This document shows positions 22,347 through 35,948 of a stretch of DNA of 64,000 nt, in pieces; within the stretch, counting starts at the first letter, position 1, and the number at the start of each line of letters is the position of its first letter. Both the position numbers and the translations under genes were made by a program. The notes under the pieces are model-generated. The model did not search any database. It was not told where the DNA came from and saw only the letters and a list, made by a program, of their open reading frames with translations. The stretch comes from Lama guanicoe (Eukaryota), in contig MU054220.1 in NCBI GenBank assembly GCA_013239625.1, positions 1,603,509 through 1,667,508 of the forward strand. The letters run 5' to 3'.

Positions 22347-22834
22347 CATAACTAATTTTGATCTGCTTGATTGTCTACTTTTCCTCTTTGCTTTTTGGAT
22401 CCAGTCTCCAACTCCATTTTCCTCATCTCCAGTAATAAAGGGAGTTTGATACTAATCCTCGGGACATGGGATGAATTGGAAGTTTTACTCAGTTAACGCC
22501 ATTGTCTCAGAGATATTATGACCTTCACAGTACCTAACACATGGGAGTTTTAGTGTTAGGGAGGATTTATATACTTCTTTTTCAAACAACATGAATCATT
22601 CTTTTGTTCAGAACTATTCCTTTTGATTATTTTTGATAATAATTAGAAGCAGGACATGTCATGGAAGTTCAAGTATTTCAGAAATATAATTTGAACCAGG
22701 AATTAACCTTCTATAAAGTCTTTTTGAGCGGAACTTACAACAAATTCTAAAGTTGATTGTAAGTAATATGATCCTGTATTTACCTGTGCACTTCTTCCTA
22801 AGAGGTGCTATAGCATGCTGAAATGGTCAGAGTG

Positions 22835-22930
22835 GAGGGTGGGGGGTGGGTATATAGCTCAGTTAGTAGGGTGCATGCTGAGGTACTTGGCTTGATCCCC
22901 AGTACCTCCGTTAAAAAAGGAAGAAAGAAA
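22835..22930 (+). mobile_element. Degenerate vic-1-like SINE
   Basis: tatagctcagttagtagggtgcatgctgaggtacttggcttgatccccagtacctcc followed by an A-rich tail. Confidence 0.75.
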
Positions 22931-23614
22931 TGAAATCGTCAAAGAGCAAGTAAAATAGAAACAAGAAATTTTTAGTGCTAGTTTTTAACTGAGCTATAGT
23001 TGATTTACAGTATTACGTAAGTTTCAGGTGTACAACAGTGATTCACAATTTTTAAAGGTTATACTCCATTTATAGTTATAATTAAATATTGGGTATATTC
23101 CAAAATAAGAAAAATTTGAACAAAACCTAGAGAATTAGTCTTCCTGTAATTGAGAGTTGATTCTTGGATTTTTGAGTCCTTAAAATTGGTTTGAAACCTG
23201 TGATTTGAAAGAATTATTTGACTTAAATGGGTTTATAAGCATAGCCTGGGAGGGATAGGTTTGACAGCTCCAGGTTTTGGGCCTAAAAATCGGTGAAATC
23301 ATTGTGTGACCTTAACATTTCTCTGCCTGTTTCTCCCAGTTTTGAAATGGAGATAACCAATGTGGAATTGTAATGTGAGAATTAATTGAGATAACTTAAG
23401 CTAGGCACTGGATAGTGCCTGGTACAGGGCTGATAATGCTATTTCCTTTCTTCATCTGTAAAAATGTGTTGACTACTTATCTCATGGTCAGTAATGCAGT
23501 TCAGCCAAATAAAAGACTGCTAAAATGCTTAGCAGTGTCATATATAGGCAGGCAGTAGCTACTGTCAGTATTCCTTTCCTTTCCCCTTTTGGGTGTTCCC
23601 CATCCCCCCCACCC

Positions 23615-23695
23615 TGAGAGGCACTTGGGACTGAACCCAGGACCTTTTACATGCTAAGTACATGCTCTATCACTGAGCTAAACCTCTCAACCTTC
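23615..23695 (-). mobile_element. vic-1-like SINE
   Basis: gggactgaacccaggacc...atgctaagtacatgctctatcactgagcta. Confidence 0.8.
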
Positions 23696-26329
23696 CTCCT
23701 TTTGGGTATATTTTATTTTGTATTTTCCTTTGTTTATTGTGGATTAAGGGTAAGATTGTTTTCTAAAGTCCAGTTTGTGCATCTGAAATGTTTTGCTTTG
23801 AAGGGCATTCTTCCCCACAGAACCTTTTTAGCTCATTGTTCCCTGTAGAATGCTTGGGTGATGTGGTTTCCCTAGATTCATCTTCACTGCCTATACTTCA
23901 CATGAGAGTCTGTTGATAGGAGGCTTCTATGTTCATAGAAAACTGAAAATTACATAGGGGTATATTATTGGATTTGCAGTAGGGACACCTGGGACCATTC
24001 CTAATCGTAGGTAACTAGTTTTATGCTTGGAGAGAGGGTGATTGCTAATATTTAGAGTTGTAATGTAGATGAAAGAGTTAATCAGTTTTAGCTATTGGCT
24101 TTGTAAACTATGTTGTATCAAGAATCCTTATCTGAGCTTTGTAATTTGCTAAAGGTAGTTTTCCTGTTGAGATCTTTGTAATTGTAACTTGTCCTTGTCA
24201 TGAAATTGGCTGTTGGAATCTCCTTACAGTAGTGGTGTCTGTATAGAATTAATCAGAACTGTTATGTAGTTTTTTAACCTCTGCTATGCTGTTGAGCCAT
24301 GAGCATTTTTTTTAAATTTCTTTGAGTTCTATACCTCTAAAATTTTTCAAGAATGTTTTTTATCTGTAATAAACTCCGTATTGACTTAACATATTTTTTC
24401 TGCGAAGAGACGCTTTAATTCTCTTAAAAACATTATCTCAGAGGCTAGAAGGATAAATACCAAAATTTTCTCTGGGCATTGGGACATGAGTGATTTTTTT
24501 TTTCTTCATACTTAACGTTGTAAAATTTTTTAGACAGTGAACATGAATTTCATGAATGTGAAAAGTTATATTAAAATTAGATTTTTTTTCTTAAAACAGA
24601 TGAGAAAGCCTAGTTAGGGGAGACTGAGTGTAAAATATTCTCTCGCATATATTAAATTTAATGATTTATTCTCATCTTTATGACCTACTTATTTTTAATA
24701 CTTGCTATTAGGAGATGGGCATTCTTCAATGTCAGATGGGAGTGGTTTTATTTCTGTCCGTATTTTCTGTTTTAGTGATTTTTTGAAATTAAGATTTCTT
24801 CCTCTAAAAAAAATTTACGATTTAAAACATTTTAACTTTTAGAGTTTTGTTTAAGGTTCTGATGTGACCCTCAATCAGCTGATCCCCCGCCCACCCTTTT
24901 TTTTTTTTTAAACAAGGAATGGACTTATTTTCAGGACAGCTTTTGTGTTAAAACATTTTGATTTTTCTTTTCCTTCACTTAGAAAATACAGCAACATACG
25001 AGTAAGATGGTGAGTTCTAGAGGCTGCAGTGCGATCTGACAAATCTCACTTAATTGATTTTATATGCCACTTTGGGGATGTGTTCATAGGTGCAGAGTGT
25101 GGCTCTAGAAAGAACTATTCACTAACTTTCTGACCTCTGTGGCTATGTTCAGCATTGACAAAATAGAGTTAAACAGCACTTTTTCTCCATGTTGAAACTC
25201 CATTGACATTTTATTTCCAAGTTGGGAAATGTCTTTAGTTTGGGGATTATACAAAATGAAGTTTTTTGGTTCTAAAGCTGTTTAATTTTATAGTGTTAAG
25301 GTTTTAATTTTGAAAGGTCAGTAGTTCTCATTTACATAACATTGCTACTCTTCAGCAAAAGAATTGCTAAATTAGAAACTGTCACCTCTTTCTCATTGTT
25401 CTTTTACTTTTTTGTTTCCTGTGAGATTGAAACAAGCTCTTGCAGAGACTGGGAATGTGTGATACTTTGGTGATAATGTTGGATAACTAATAGTCTACTG
25501 TGAGTAGACTGTCTTTTTTAACCCGAGATTATTTGGACATCTGTTAAGTTTTTGCTAGTTTCTGTTTTGTACAGATAATTTACTGTAGGCTTTTTCCAGT
25601 TTCTTTGTGCTTGTAGCTTTTGCGTGTGGGAAACATTCCTCTTTCTACTCCAGATCCCTCCCCCTACACTTAGCTGGTATTTCTTTTTCTTTTGCATGAA
25701 TTCTGTCTGTGTGATGCTAACTTGACCATGTTAGGTTGGCTGGGATATTACCCATGAGAAACACCTGTGCCGTTCTGTTGGCTGCCTGCCTGATTCTGAA
25801 TGCTGCTGTCTGAGCAAGAGTCTTAGGTGGGTCCAGGGAGTGAAAGGAAGTCAGGGTGATGGTGACAAGCACTTTGAAAATGTATAACTGACATTCATCA
25901 GCTAGCTGGTTATTACTGCACATTGAAACAGTATTGCTTTGTGGTCATACTGTAGTTTTAAACCTTATAACAGGCTTTCAACAAGTATATTTCACTGGAA
26001 GCTATTTATGTGGTAAAAGACTACTTATTCCTTAGGTTTATAATTCTTAGATGGCCAGAGCAAGAGGAGCAGGTATTGCATTTTGTGTTCTTCAGCCCTT
26101 CCCTGCTTGTGGTTCTGTTTCTATTTGTCATTTAGTGCATGGTTAATCTTTGTCATGAAGCTTTTCCTGTCCATTTATTCTAAGACTGTATCATAGGATA
26201 CTACTTAGTATTAATGATAGATTTTTTTTCATTTCAGTGAGATTTTAAGCTTTTCGAGGATGGAGACTGCCTTATTGCTTAGTGTATCATTTATCTTTTG
26301 AGGAGTCAGGCACACAGTCCCTACCCTAA

Positions 26330-26800
26330 ATTATACTCTCTGAATTAGCCCTTTTTGTAACAGTTTACTGGACCAGGGGTGGGCACTAACCCAAGCTGGG
26401 CACATCACTTTCTTTTAGGAATTTGAGATTGGAACTGCAGTTCATTCTTTGGAGAACAAACAGAACACCTGAATTCAGAAAACTTGAAACATTTAAATTC
26501 AGATGCTGGGAAGCAGCCAACTTCAGGCACATACATGTGGAAGCAGTGAAAGTCGGTCTACAGGGAGGGAGATTTAAGTAGATTCATCCATAAAGAAGCA
26601 TTGATGAGAAATGCAGCTCTAGAGAGAGAGGTGGACTCGAAGCACATGCAGAATAGACACCTGGGTGCGTAAAGGCTTCCCAGGTGTGGCCCTGTTGCAC
26701 TTTCTGCCTTTGGGTTCCATGAGATACTCCAGTTATCTTTTCAGTTAATTCCAGATTTTGCTTAAGCTAGCTTGGAGATGTCTCTTAATTATATCCAGAA
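26330..26800. mobile_element. MLT1-like LTR relic
   Basis: ggaccaggggtgggcactaacccaagctgggc...ttttgcttaagctagcttggag. Confidence 0.55.
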
Positions 26801-29800
26801 GAGCTTTGAATAAGATACTTAGTGCAGAGCTCTGCCTAACATTTCTTAAATTCATTTGAATTTTAGAATATTCAGGCCTAGGATCATGGCTCTTTGGAAG
26901 ATTGCCCTTTATCTCCCCCAGTAGCCTCCCCATCCCCAGGCTTAGGCTGCTTGGGGTCTTGGCTGCTCGGGGTCTTGGCTGCTCCATCTGTAGTGTGGAC
27001 ATTTACCTGTGTTGTCATTCTTGGTGTACGGAGTGCTTTTCTCTGGTGCTTTGTCAGCTCAAGATTAAGGGTTTTTTTGTTTTGTTTTGTTTTTTAAACA
27101 AATCTCTAATGAATATTTGTTCACAGATAGTTCTTTTTAGATATAAGACTGATTATAACAAAATAATACTGCCATTTCACATAGGAAACTTAAAATGAGT
27201 CATCATTTCAAAATTTTTTGTGAGGTCTATGGGTTAGGTCCTTTCTTCGTTTCTAGTTAAGTAACATATTTGCTTGTTTCCTCATTGTTTCCTCTTAAAA
27301 AGAAGTTGATGGACTTGAGTGGAACACAATAATGTGGGTTGAATGGCAGTTGAGTCTTTAAACAAAGGGTAATGGTGAGTGGCTGTGTGCCCAGTTGATG
27401 GAGTCTGTCTGGTCTCAGCTCAGTTAGTTACTTCATGAATGATCTGTAATAGGAGCATCACAGTGGTGTTTTTCTCTTTGAGAAATGTTAATGAAGGAGA
27501 GAGGAAAGCTCTGAGAAAGACAGTTTAATGCTTCTAATTTGATTTTTTTCTTCCTGTGATCATTTGGTCTCTGTTTAGTTGAAAGACTTTATTCCAGAGG
27601 AATGTAAAATTTCCCTGTAATATTAATGAGCAGGAATTAAAAAGAGACAAGGGCCGGCTTTGAAATGTGGATTTGTATACTACCAGGAAGAAATACATTT
27701 GCAGGGTAGAAAAAACTGGAAGTTGTTATTTGACATTGGAGGCCACATTGTTGAAAATATGAGCCTAAACAGTGTTATGTCTTCGTACCATAGTGTGTGT
27801 GTAATATTGAACCAAATGCTGTGCATAGAGGAAGTTTTACTTTTTATAGTCCATAGTACTTACTGGTATGGAGCCCTTGCACAAAGTAGATACTTGATAA
27901 ATATTTGTTGAATACTACATGACTGGTTGAGTGGCACTTAATTTTATATTTTGAAACAGGTCAGTGCTAAGGACTAGGAGTAGGAAGAAAACTTTTAAAA
28001 TTGAAATTCTATTAGTTTATTCAAATCCTTGTCTTTTGAAGATAATCAGTACTTTTAAGCTCCAAGGAGTTTTCTGAAAAAAAAGTTAAGTAGCTTTTCC
28101 ATTGAAAGAAATCAAGTTAGCCAAGATTTGTACCATAAAAGCCTTTGTGTATCTTCAAACCTCATACTGGGTATTGCCTGGACAAAATCAGAAGGCTCCT
28201 AGACAGCCCTGATTCTGGCTCTGTTTCCTGCAGCTCCAGAGAATAAGAAAAGGAGAATCTGATACTGCTGGCAGTCTATGCTCTCTTGCTTTTCTGGGCC
28301 AAGACATGCATTTAAAAATAAAGTCAAGGAAATTGTAAACCAGTAGTAAAAACAAATAAAGCGCCCAAGAGTTTGCCTCCTTTTGTGTCCTTGTGTCCAG
28401 ACTGATGGTAAACTTATGTGACAAAACTGTGCTCTGGGCTTGTCCTTCACACTTCCTCTTTCAAGTTTATGGGAAATAACCATGGAAAGACACCATGTCT
28501 GTGATTTATTTATTGTTTTTATCATATGCTGTTTCTGTTTAATAGTGTCTGGATACATTTACCAGTGCAATTTTAAAAAAAAGCTTGCAAATTTTACTAA
28601 ACAAATTTGGGTTATAGATTGTGGTTATGGGATTGGGAAACTGCTTAAAAATAATCCTTTTGGACCTGCTACAGGAAAGCTTGTGTGAGCAAATATGTCA
28701 AAACCAGATACAGTAAGTAATTCTGTGGAGTATCTTGATGCCTATTGCTTATTTTTAGCTGAAAGTATATTGTCTCCTTAGATCATTTTTCTTCTTTCTC
28801 TTTAGGCTTGTGAATTTGTGATTTTTCTTACTTTTGTAATATGGTTATGAATTCGGTTTCAACACATTTTATCTTAGTGGCATTTATGTTTAGGCTTTTC
28901 AATAATTAATTGCTAGTTGGAGCTCAAGGAAGGATTTTCTTGAGCTTTGTTCTAAGTACTTTCTAGCTCTCAGGTTTTTGTGGATCAGGCCTAGGATATC
29001 TGAAGTTTTAGATTATTACTATGAGATCAAGTGCTATTTTTATTTATTAATGTTAATTTGTCTGGTATAACTTTTCTCTGGGCCAAGTAAGACCTAGTGA
29101 AAGACTTCACTCTGTTCCAGGAAGTGTACAACTTAGAACGTTTTCATTTGAATTCTGATTGCTCCAGTTCTCTGAACAAACCAGATCCACAGATCAGACT
29201 TGTAAATGATCTGTTTTCTTTAGGTATCTTCTAACAAAATGGGTCTCGGGGGAGCTGAGCGGCAGCACACATTTAGCTGGGAGTGGCAGTTCCTCTCTCT
29301 GAATTACATCCCCTTTGTGTCCAAACACAGCAATTTTGGAGGCAGACTTGGATTGAAAATCTGTTCTGGTCTAATCAGTTTGGTTTACTTTATAATCAGT
29401 TTTATTTATTATAATTGTATTTTGTGTTGTATTTCAAACATAAGCATGTAGGGAAGCTGAAATTTCTTGAGTAGAATCTTGCTTTGGAGAACTTTGAAGT
29501 CTTGATAGGAAAAATACTAAATAATACAATTTATACAATACAGTGATCTGGAAAGAAATGACAGCACACATAGGTCACACACTTCATTGAGCTTGTATTT
29601 ATTTGTTTTTATGAATAGGGAGATTATTTTAACTATTGCAAGAGAGAGAGACTAAAACAATTACTATTTCTCCGGAATTGTATACAACATGGTAATATTT
29701 CTCGAAGGCAGCTTGCTGAAGAAAAATTAGATCAGACTTTCTGAATTGCCAGATCCAGAACATCAAAAAATGCTCTGACCAAAAAGAAAAAAAAAAGCCT

Positions 29801-31094
29801 GCTGGATCCACCCCCAGGAATCCTGGTGGGTCCCCATGGTAACAACCTCCTTGCTTACAACTTGTCACTGTGTAACTGTCACTGGGGTTCAAAGAAAAGC
29901 CAGTATATCAAGAACTGTGTGGCATTAACTACTCCTTGATAAAATGCTGTTGCACATTTGCAACGAGCCAGAAATAGAAAGGTAAAGGTTTTAATTTCTG
30001 TGTTCCATTAATTAGATGCTTTAAAAAGCTGCCTAATTATGGTAAGGTGCAGCAGTGGGAAGGTGGTGGGTAGCCGAGGCAGGCATAGGAAGAAGCCATA
30101 GGCTCAGAATGTTAAGATCTTCATTTTTTCCTCTAAACCTTTCATTTTGCAAATGAGGGAAATGAAGTGTAGAAGTTCACATGGAAGCAGAAGCAGGATT
30201 CCAACCCAGGCCTTCTAATTTTCCAGCACACGGTTCTACTGTCTCCACCCATGCATTGCATTTATTACGCCTCTACTTTTCAGAGACAAAGCCTCAGTTT
30301 CTGAGATTAGGAGAAGACCTGAGAGGTCATGCAGGGGAATTTTCTACCCAGCAAAGGAATCCTTTCTACAGCATCTTGGGCAGGTAGCTTCTGCCTCTTT
30401 CCTCAGGTGGGGGTTACCTATGTATCGTTGGTAACAACCCCACTGCCTGAGTTCAAAGAGAAGATAGTTTTATGTGAATTTCTTATTTTAAAGCTACAAT
30501 GTTTTGTTTTTCTCCTTTTATAAAATAGCAATTGAAAATCAGACCCAAATGTTTTTCATTACCCTGTTTATCTCCATTTAAGTCATGCTTGTCAGTCATG
30601 ACAAGAAAGATAATTTTTTAAAAGAATTATGTCATGCTTAAACCCTAGAACTTTGAAAAGATAATGCCATATTTAGAACAAGCTAGTCCTTTAACAGCTG
30701 GTAGGGAAGAGATGTATTCAGCTTAAAGTATTTTCTGATGTACTTAATAAGATGAGATGATTGTGAGCTAAAGAGTATCAAAAGAGACCACAAAGTTGCA
30801 AGCCAGATAGTCAAGCTGTTTTGTATTTTTTTGTGGTACATTTGTGATTGTTTAGAGGAGGTTCATTTGCACAAAGTGAGTTTTGGATTCAAAACAAACA
30901 TTATTTTGATAATTATTAATTACATATACCAAAAGATTTTCAAGCCCGTTTTTTGGATGTCATTATTGCTCAATATGCTTGTCATTTCATGTCCCTGTCA
31001 GTAAATGCTTCAGCTTTTATTTTACTTTTTCCCCTTTCCAAACTGCTTGAAAGGTAGTAACAGGTAAACATTTAATATTATTAGCCTGAGGATT

Positions 31095-31215
31095 TTTTTC
31101 TTTTTTCTTTCTCTTTAGGGGAAGGTAATTTGGTTTATTTGTTTAATGGAGGTACTGCAGATTGAACTCAGGACCTTGAGCAGGATGTGCTCTACCACTG
31201 AGCTGTACCTCCCCA
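31095..31215 (-). mobile_element. vic-1-like SINE
   Basis: ggggaaggtaatttggtttattt...ggaggtactgcagattgaactcaggacc...ctctaccactgagctgtacctcccc. Confidence 0.82.
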
Positions 31216-33784
31216 GGGTTTTTTTTTAATACCTTTTAAGCAAAACAGAAATGCATATTTTCTAATAAGATACACAGAAATGTTTTCAGTTTCTTATAAC
31301 CAGAGATATTTTTCCTCAAAGAATTTACCATATTTAAAAATGGAGAATTTGGCTCCAATATTAATTTTTCTTTTTGTCTTACCAGAGAATTAAAGTGAAA
31401 ATGCTGTTGGCAGTCTTTTGCTGTCTTGACTTCAACACAGTAGAGAATGCTATAATGAAAATGTGGCTGAATTTTTAATATTCTGGAATTTCATGACCAC
31501 CAGCACTTCTTGTTATGCAGCCAAGGTAATTAAGGTAATCAAATATTTTAGTCATTAGCAGGTGTGGTCTGGCTCTGAAAGAACAACCCAGAACCCTATT
31601 CCCTCATTTACTCCAGAACATATTTATTATTTTATTTCTATTCTGGTTTTTAATTTGACCAGTGAGTTTTTGCATAGAATTTCATTGTACAAAGTTTTTC
31701 TTGATAGAAAAGTATGCTGAATTACAATGTAATGACAGAAATAGCCGTTAGATTTCACATTTTAGGGAAGGGGAGTGAGAAAGAGACAGACAGGGGCAGA
31801 CAGGGAGGGAGGGAATGAGAGAGGGAGAGATGGTTGCATCCTTGCCATTTTGTAGATAAGAAACGTTGAGGTTAGGAGGAACCTCAGTGTGGATAGTGAC
31901 TTATTGGGGCATCCAGCTATTAGGTGGTAGGACAGGTCTGGGCTACCATTTTATAAATTCTATGCTGTTCTGTACTTTTTTTGCTTTTTGAGACTCAGTC
32001 TCATAACAATAATGAAATAATTTGTTTTTGTAACCACTCTTCTTTCATGTGGTAGTATACTTTTTAACTTAATTAGTCATGCAAATTCAGTGTCTCATTC
32101 CAGAAATTCTTACCTTTGAGTAAAGAAAAAATGGGCATGTTTTTTCCCTGCCCTGGTAAGATATTATTTGTATACCTGATCTAAACTGTTTACCTGTTTT
32201 CTTGTTGAAAAGTAGGAGTAATTTAATCCTAATAGAAGTGGCCTGGAAATGTGGTTTTAAGGTAGGTAGCACTCATAGCATCTTCAAGTCTTTAAAAAGA
32301 AGTGTATGTATTATAATGGAGTTCCAATGGGCAGATAGGTGGAGGTATCCTTCCCACCAGTCATTTAGTAGGTGAGAAAACTGGACGTTACATCTTTATT
32401 TAGTTCCTTAGTGAGACATGATGTGACATAAAAGACTGCCGTCTCCCTCTCCTCTCCCCTTAAAGTCTGATCCTTCTTCAACTCCTATGCCCCACAGCCA
32501 TCCTTTTGGCTCTAATATTGCTTCTTAATTCTAAACAGCCATATTCAATGAGCTCCTAAAAGAGAGAGAGAAACAAAACAGCAATCTATCCTGGCTGCCT
32601 TGTAGTCAGTGCCACTTTTTACCAAAGGGTCTAGTCTGTGACTATGTCCTCTTTTGACTAGGCGCACATTAAAGAGTGTCCCAAATACTATCTTGTTATA
32701 TGTCCTCACTAGCAGTCTTGTTTTTTAAGCCTCCATTTACAGGTTGATTCACAGTAGGGGAGAGCCATGTTCAGAAACTTTCTGATAGCCTGATTTTTCT
32801 TGTCTTTCATCTCTTTGCTTCTATTTATATTCTTTGTACCTCTTCCTTGAGCTTGCACCTTCTGCATAGTTGATTCTATTATATCATCTTTGAGCTGCAA
32901 AATAAAAGTTGGAAGATTTTAAAGTTAAAGTTCCCAGAATAATGTTGTCGCCCACATTGCACATATGTCACATTTTGAGTTTTACTAGTTAAGCCTCTAA
33001 ATATGTGCTTTATATACAGTATGTGCAGTGTGATAACTTGGGTTGCCATGAGAACCTAAAAATTTTAGGCTAAAATGGATCAGTAACAGACACATTTTTT
33101 TTTCTTTTATTGTCTTAGAGGAAGGCTAGTTTTTTCTTTTATCTAATACGCTTTTTACAAATTGAGATATTAGGCAGTGGCCATTCTTATATATGACCTT
33201 TTGCTAACAGGATAGGTAACTTTTTTGTTTGCCAGTTATCAGTCTCCTTTAGTCAGATCTTGCATGCTCTAGTTTTTTTCCCACTCTACCTGTCTCGTAT
33301 TACTTTCTTTGCTACAGGATAGAATTAAAAGTAGGAAACTGGAAGCCTTACCTTCTAAAACAAAAAAAAAAAAGGACACCTGGTAAGAGAGGAACTATCT
33401 AGTGGGGTATCCCTAAGCACATCTGTGGAATTCTACTCTCATGTAAGCCCCCTGAGATGAGCTGTAGTGGCAAAACTGGCTTGGGAAAAAAATCCCAACC
33501 CCGAGCCAGTTGTTGTACTAAGCTTTTTTTTTTTTAATTGAAGTATGGTTGGTATACAGAGCTTGAAAAAAAATTTTTAAAAAGCGTTGTAATGTTAGTC
33601 TGTCATCTAAAAACAATGTAGATTCAATCTGAATTGGAATACATGATTTTGAATAATTTCTTGGCCAGGGTGACTTGTTTATTCTTGACTAGGTTTAGTC
33701 ATTAAGATTCCCTCCGTTTTGGACTAGGAAGTCCAGGAGGAGATGACAGGATGTTAGAGATGGAACAAACTATATATTGTTCAG

Positions 33785-34000
33785 TCTTTGGTTCTTAAAC
33801 CTGTTTTGGATTGTGGACCCCTTTGAAAATCTAATTAAAGCTGTGGACTCATTTCCCTAAAATGTAAATTAAATAAATACTTAAGTATATTTAACATTTT
33901 AATGTAAAAATTTGCACGTAATATAGGGGAATTTGTGGAATCCATGAACTATCCATGAATTCTGTAGGTCTGTGGACTCTAGATATGGATTTTTGATCTG
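33785..34000. mobile_element. hAT-Charlie-like relic (similar relic at ~43845-44040)
   Basis: ggttcttaaacc...tggacccctttgaaaatct...aaagctgtggactc. Confidence 0.5.
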
Positions 34001-35804
34001 GTCTAATACCATTTTTCACTTGAAGAAGCAGGTAATAGGAAAGAAATGACTTGCCGAAGGCCATACTGTAGGTGTTTATAGCCATTTTGATTTTGTGGTT
34101 GTATTTTAATCATCCTTGGTATATATGATTGTTGTCTTTTGCATTGTATTGTTTATTTTCACATAAGTAATCTGAATAGATAATTAAAGCTGTGATCTCA
34201 TCCAAAAAATAGCGTCTTAATTCACAATAAACTAAGCTTTGGGAAATCAAAGTTGCTGTAAGAGGCCTACTCAGAAAAATTAAATATACAAGCCACCAAC
34301 ACAGTTAAGTTTTAAATGAAATGTTGAGCACTTGCATGTCTGTTTTGTGGGACATGAAAATGCTTTTACATGCTGAAATCCTGCTGTGTTCCTTTCTTTT
34401 TCAGCACAAAGAGGGTGTGGACAAGGCTCTGCCTTGCAGTAGGAGACCTAGATGGTGGGATTGAGAGATCAGGTTTGCTGTAATAGCATCTTTATTCATT
34501 ACTGCATTACCTTACAAGGGGCAAAGAGAAAATTTTCAAATGGTTAGTTTGCCAGTAAAAATATACTAAAGTAAAATAATTGTGGTGGACAATTACATTT
34601 TAAGAATTTGAAGGGTTTTCTTTTTTTAAGTTTTAGGGAAAAACATAATGCTGGGGTGTTACCTACTATGTCTGAGTATGTCCCATAGGATGGGGGATTG
34701 TTCATACCTATACAGCAGACATTTCAATGATGGGAAGGAGCTGGGCGATGCTCTCTTTCCTAGGGCTACTCTTCATAACTGGATGACTTACCAAGTTTTG
34801 TAATCAAGGATCTCAAGGTACTCGGCATCACCATTTCTAGGCCCACCATTTTGTCTGCCTGTGGCAGGTGGTATTCCCCCTCCACCCACTTTCTTTTAAT
34901 GGGGGTGTAAAATTTCATCAAAAGGGGAGGCAGAGATTTCTGAAATGGAAGAATATTTTCCTGAAAGTGTTAAATGTGAGAGATGTTAGAGTCGGGGCTG
35001 AATTATGGTCTGAATTAATGTTTATCTTTTTTTTAGAATATATTTTCTCTAAAGTGGGCAAAAACTAATTTTGCTTCTGTAAGCAGTGTGGTATTAATCT
35101 CATACTACTGTGAAACATTTTAGGTTTAAATTACTTTATGTTTTAAAATTATAGACTCAGAATTTCAGAAATGGGGGGATCTTAAAAATCATCTAGTCCA
35201 AATCCTATGTCCTCATGTTTAAGATAATTGCAGGTGTCCTGGTAGATGGGACTCATGCAAGATCTAGGTCTGTCTGTCCTCAGTCTCTTTCTCTTAGTTT
35301 GCATAGTGTTTATAGTTTGTACCCCACACTTTAGTACTAGTCATGTACTATCAGCCTTTATTATCTCATGTGTTAATCTTCTCTCTCTCTTTTCTCTCTT
35401 TTTGTAATTGAGGTATAGTTGATGTATCATGTCTTACTCTTACCCAGTGATTAGGTTATAATATTGGCGATCAGTGATACCATGGCTTATGTTTGTACTG
35501 TAGCCCCCGTGATACTGAGCAAATATATAGACAGTGCACAGTAATCACTTGGTTGATTCATTGAGAGCTAAATTATAGAATCATTTGAGCCCATCCATTG
35601 TGCATTTCTTATCTTTGTGGAGTGTTCAGTCTCTCCAGAAATTAAGCTTTTATATATTTCTCATTGAGATGAATCTGAATGAATTGTTCTAAGCATGGTA
35701 ATTTTTGGAACATAAACATTTGGCTTCTGATTATATAAGCCAGCATCCTGGGAAATATATTTAGAAATTTATATCAGAATTTCTGTTTTGTTTTGTTTTT
35801 CCCA

Positions 35805-35948
35805 TTTTTAAAAATTGAAGTATAGTCAGTTTACAATGTTGTGTCAATTTCTGGTGTATAGCACATTTCAGACATACATACATATATTCATTTTCATATT
35901 CTTTTTCATTGTAGGTTACTATAAGATATTGAATATAGTTCCCTGTGT
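35805..35948 (-). mobile_element. L1 3' terminal fragment (similar to the 15967 family)
   Basis: ttgaagtatagtcagtttacaatgttgtgtcaatttctggtgtatagca resembles the reverse complement of 16360-16420. Confidence 0.8.

Noticed and set aside
25492..25510. 8-bp inverted repeat AGTCTACT-gtg-AGTAGACT
   Set aside because: Short enough to occur by chance in 64 kb, with no supporting context.
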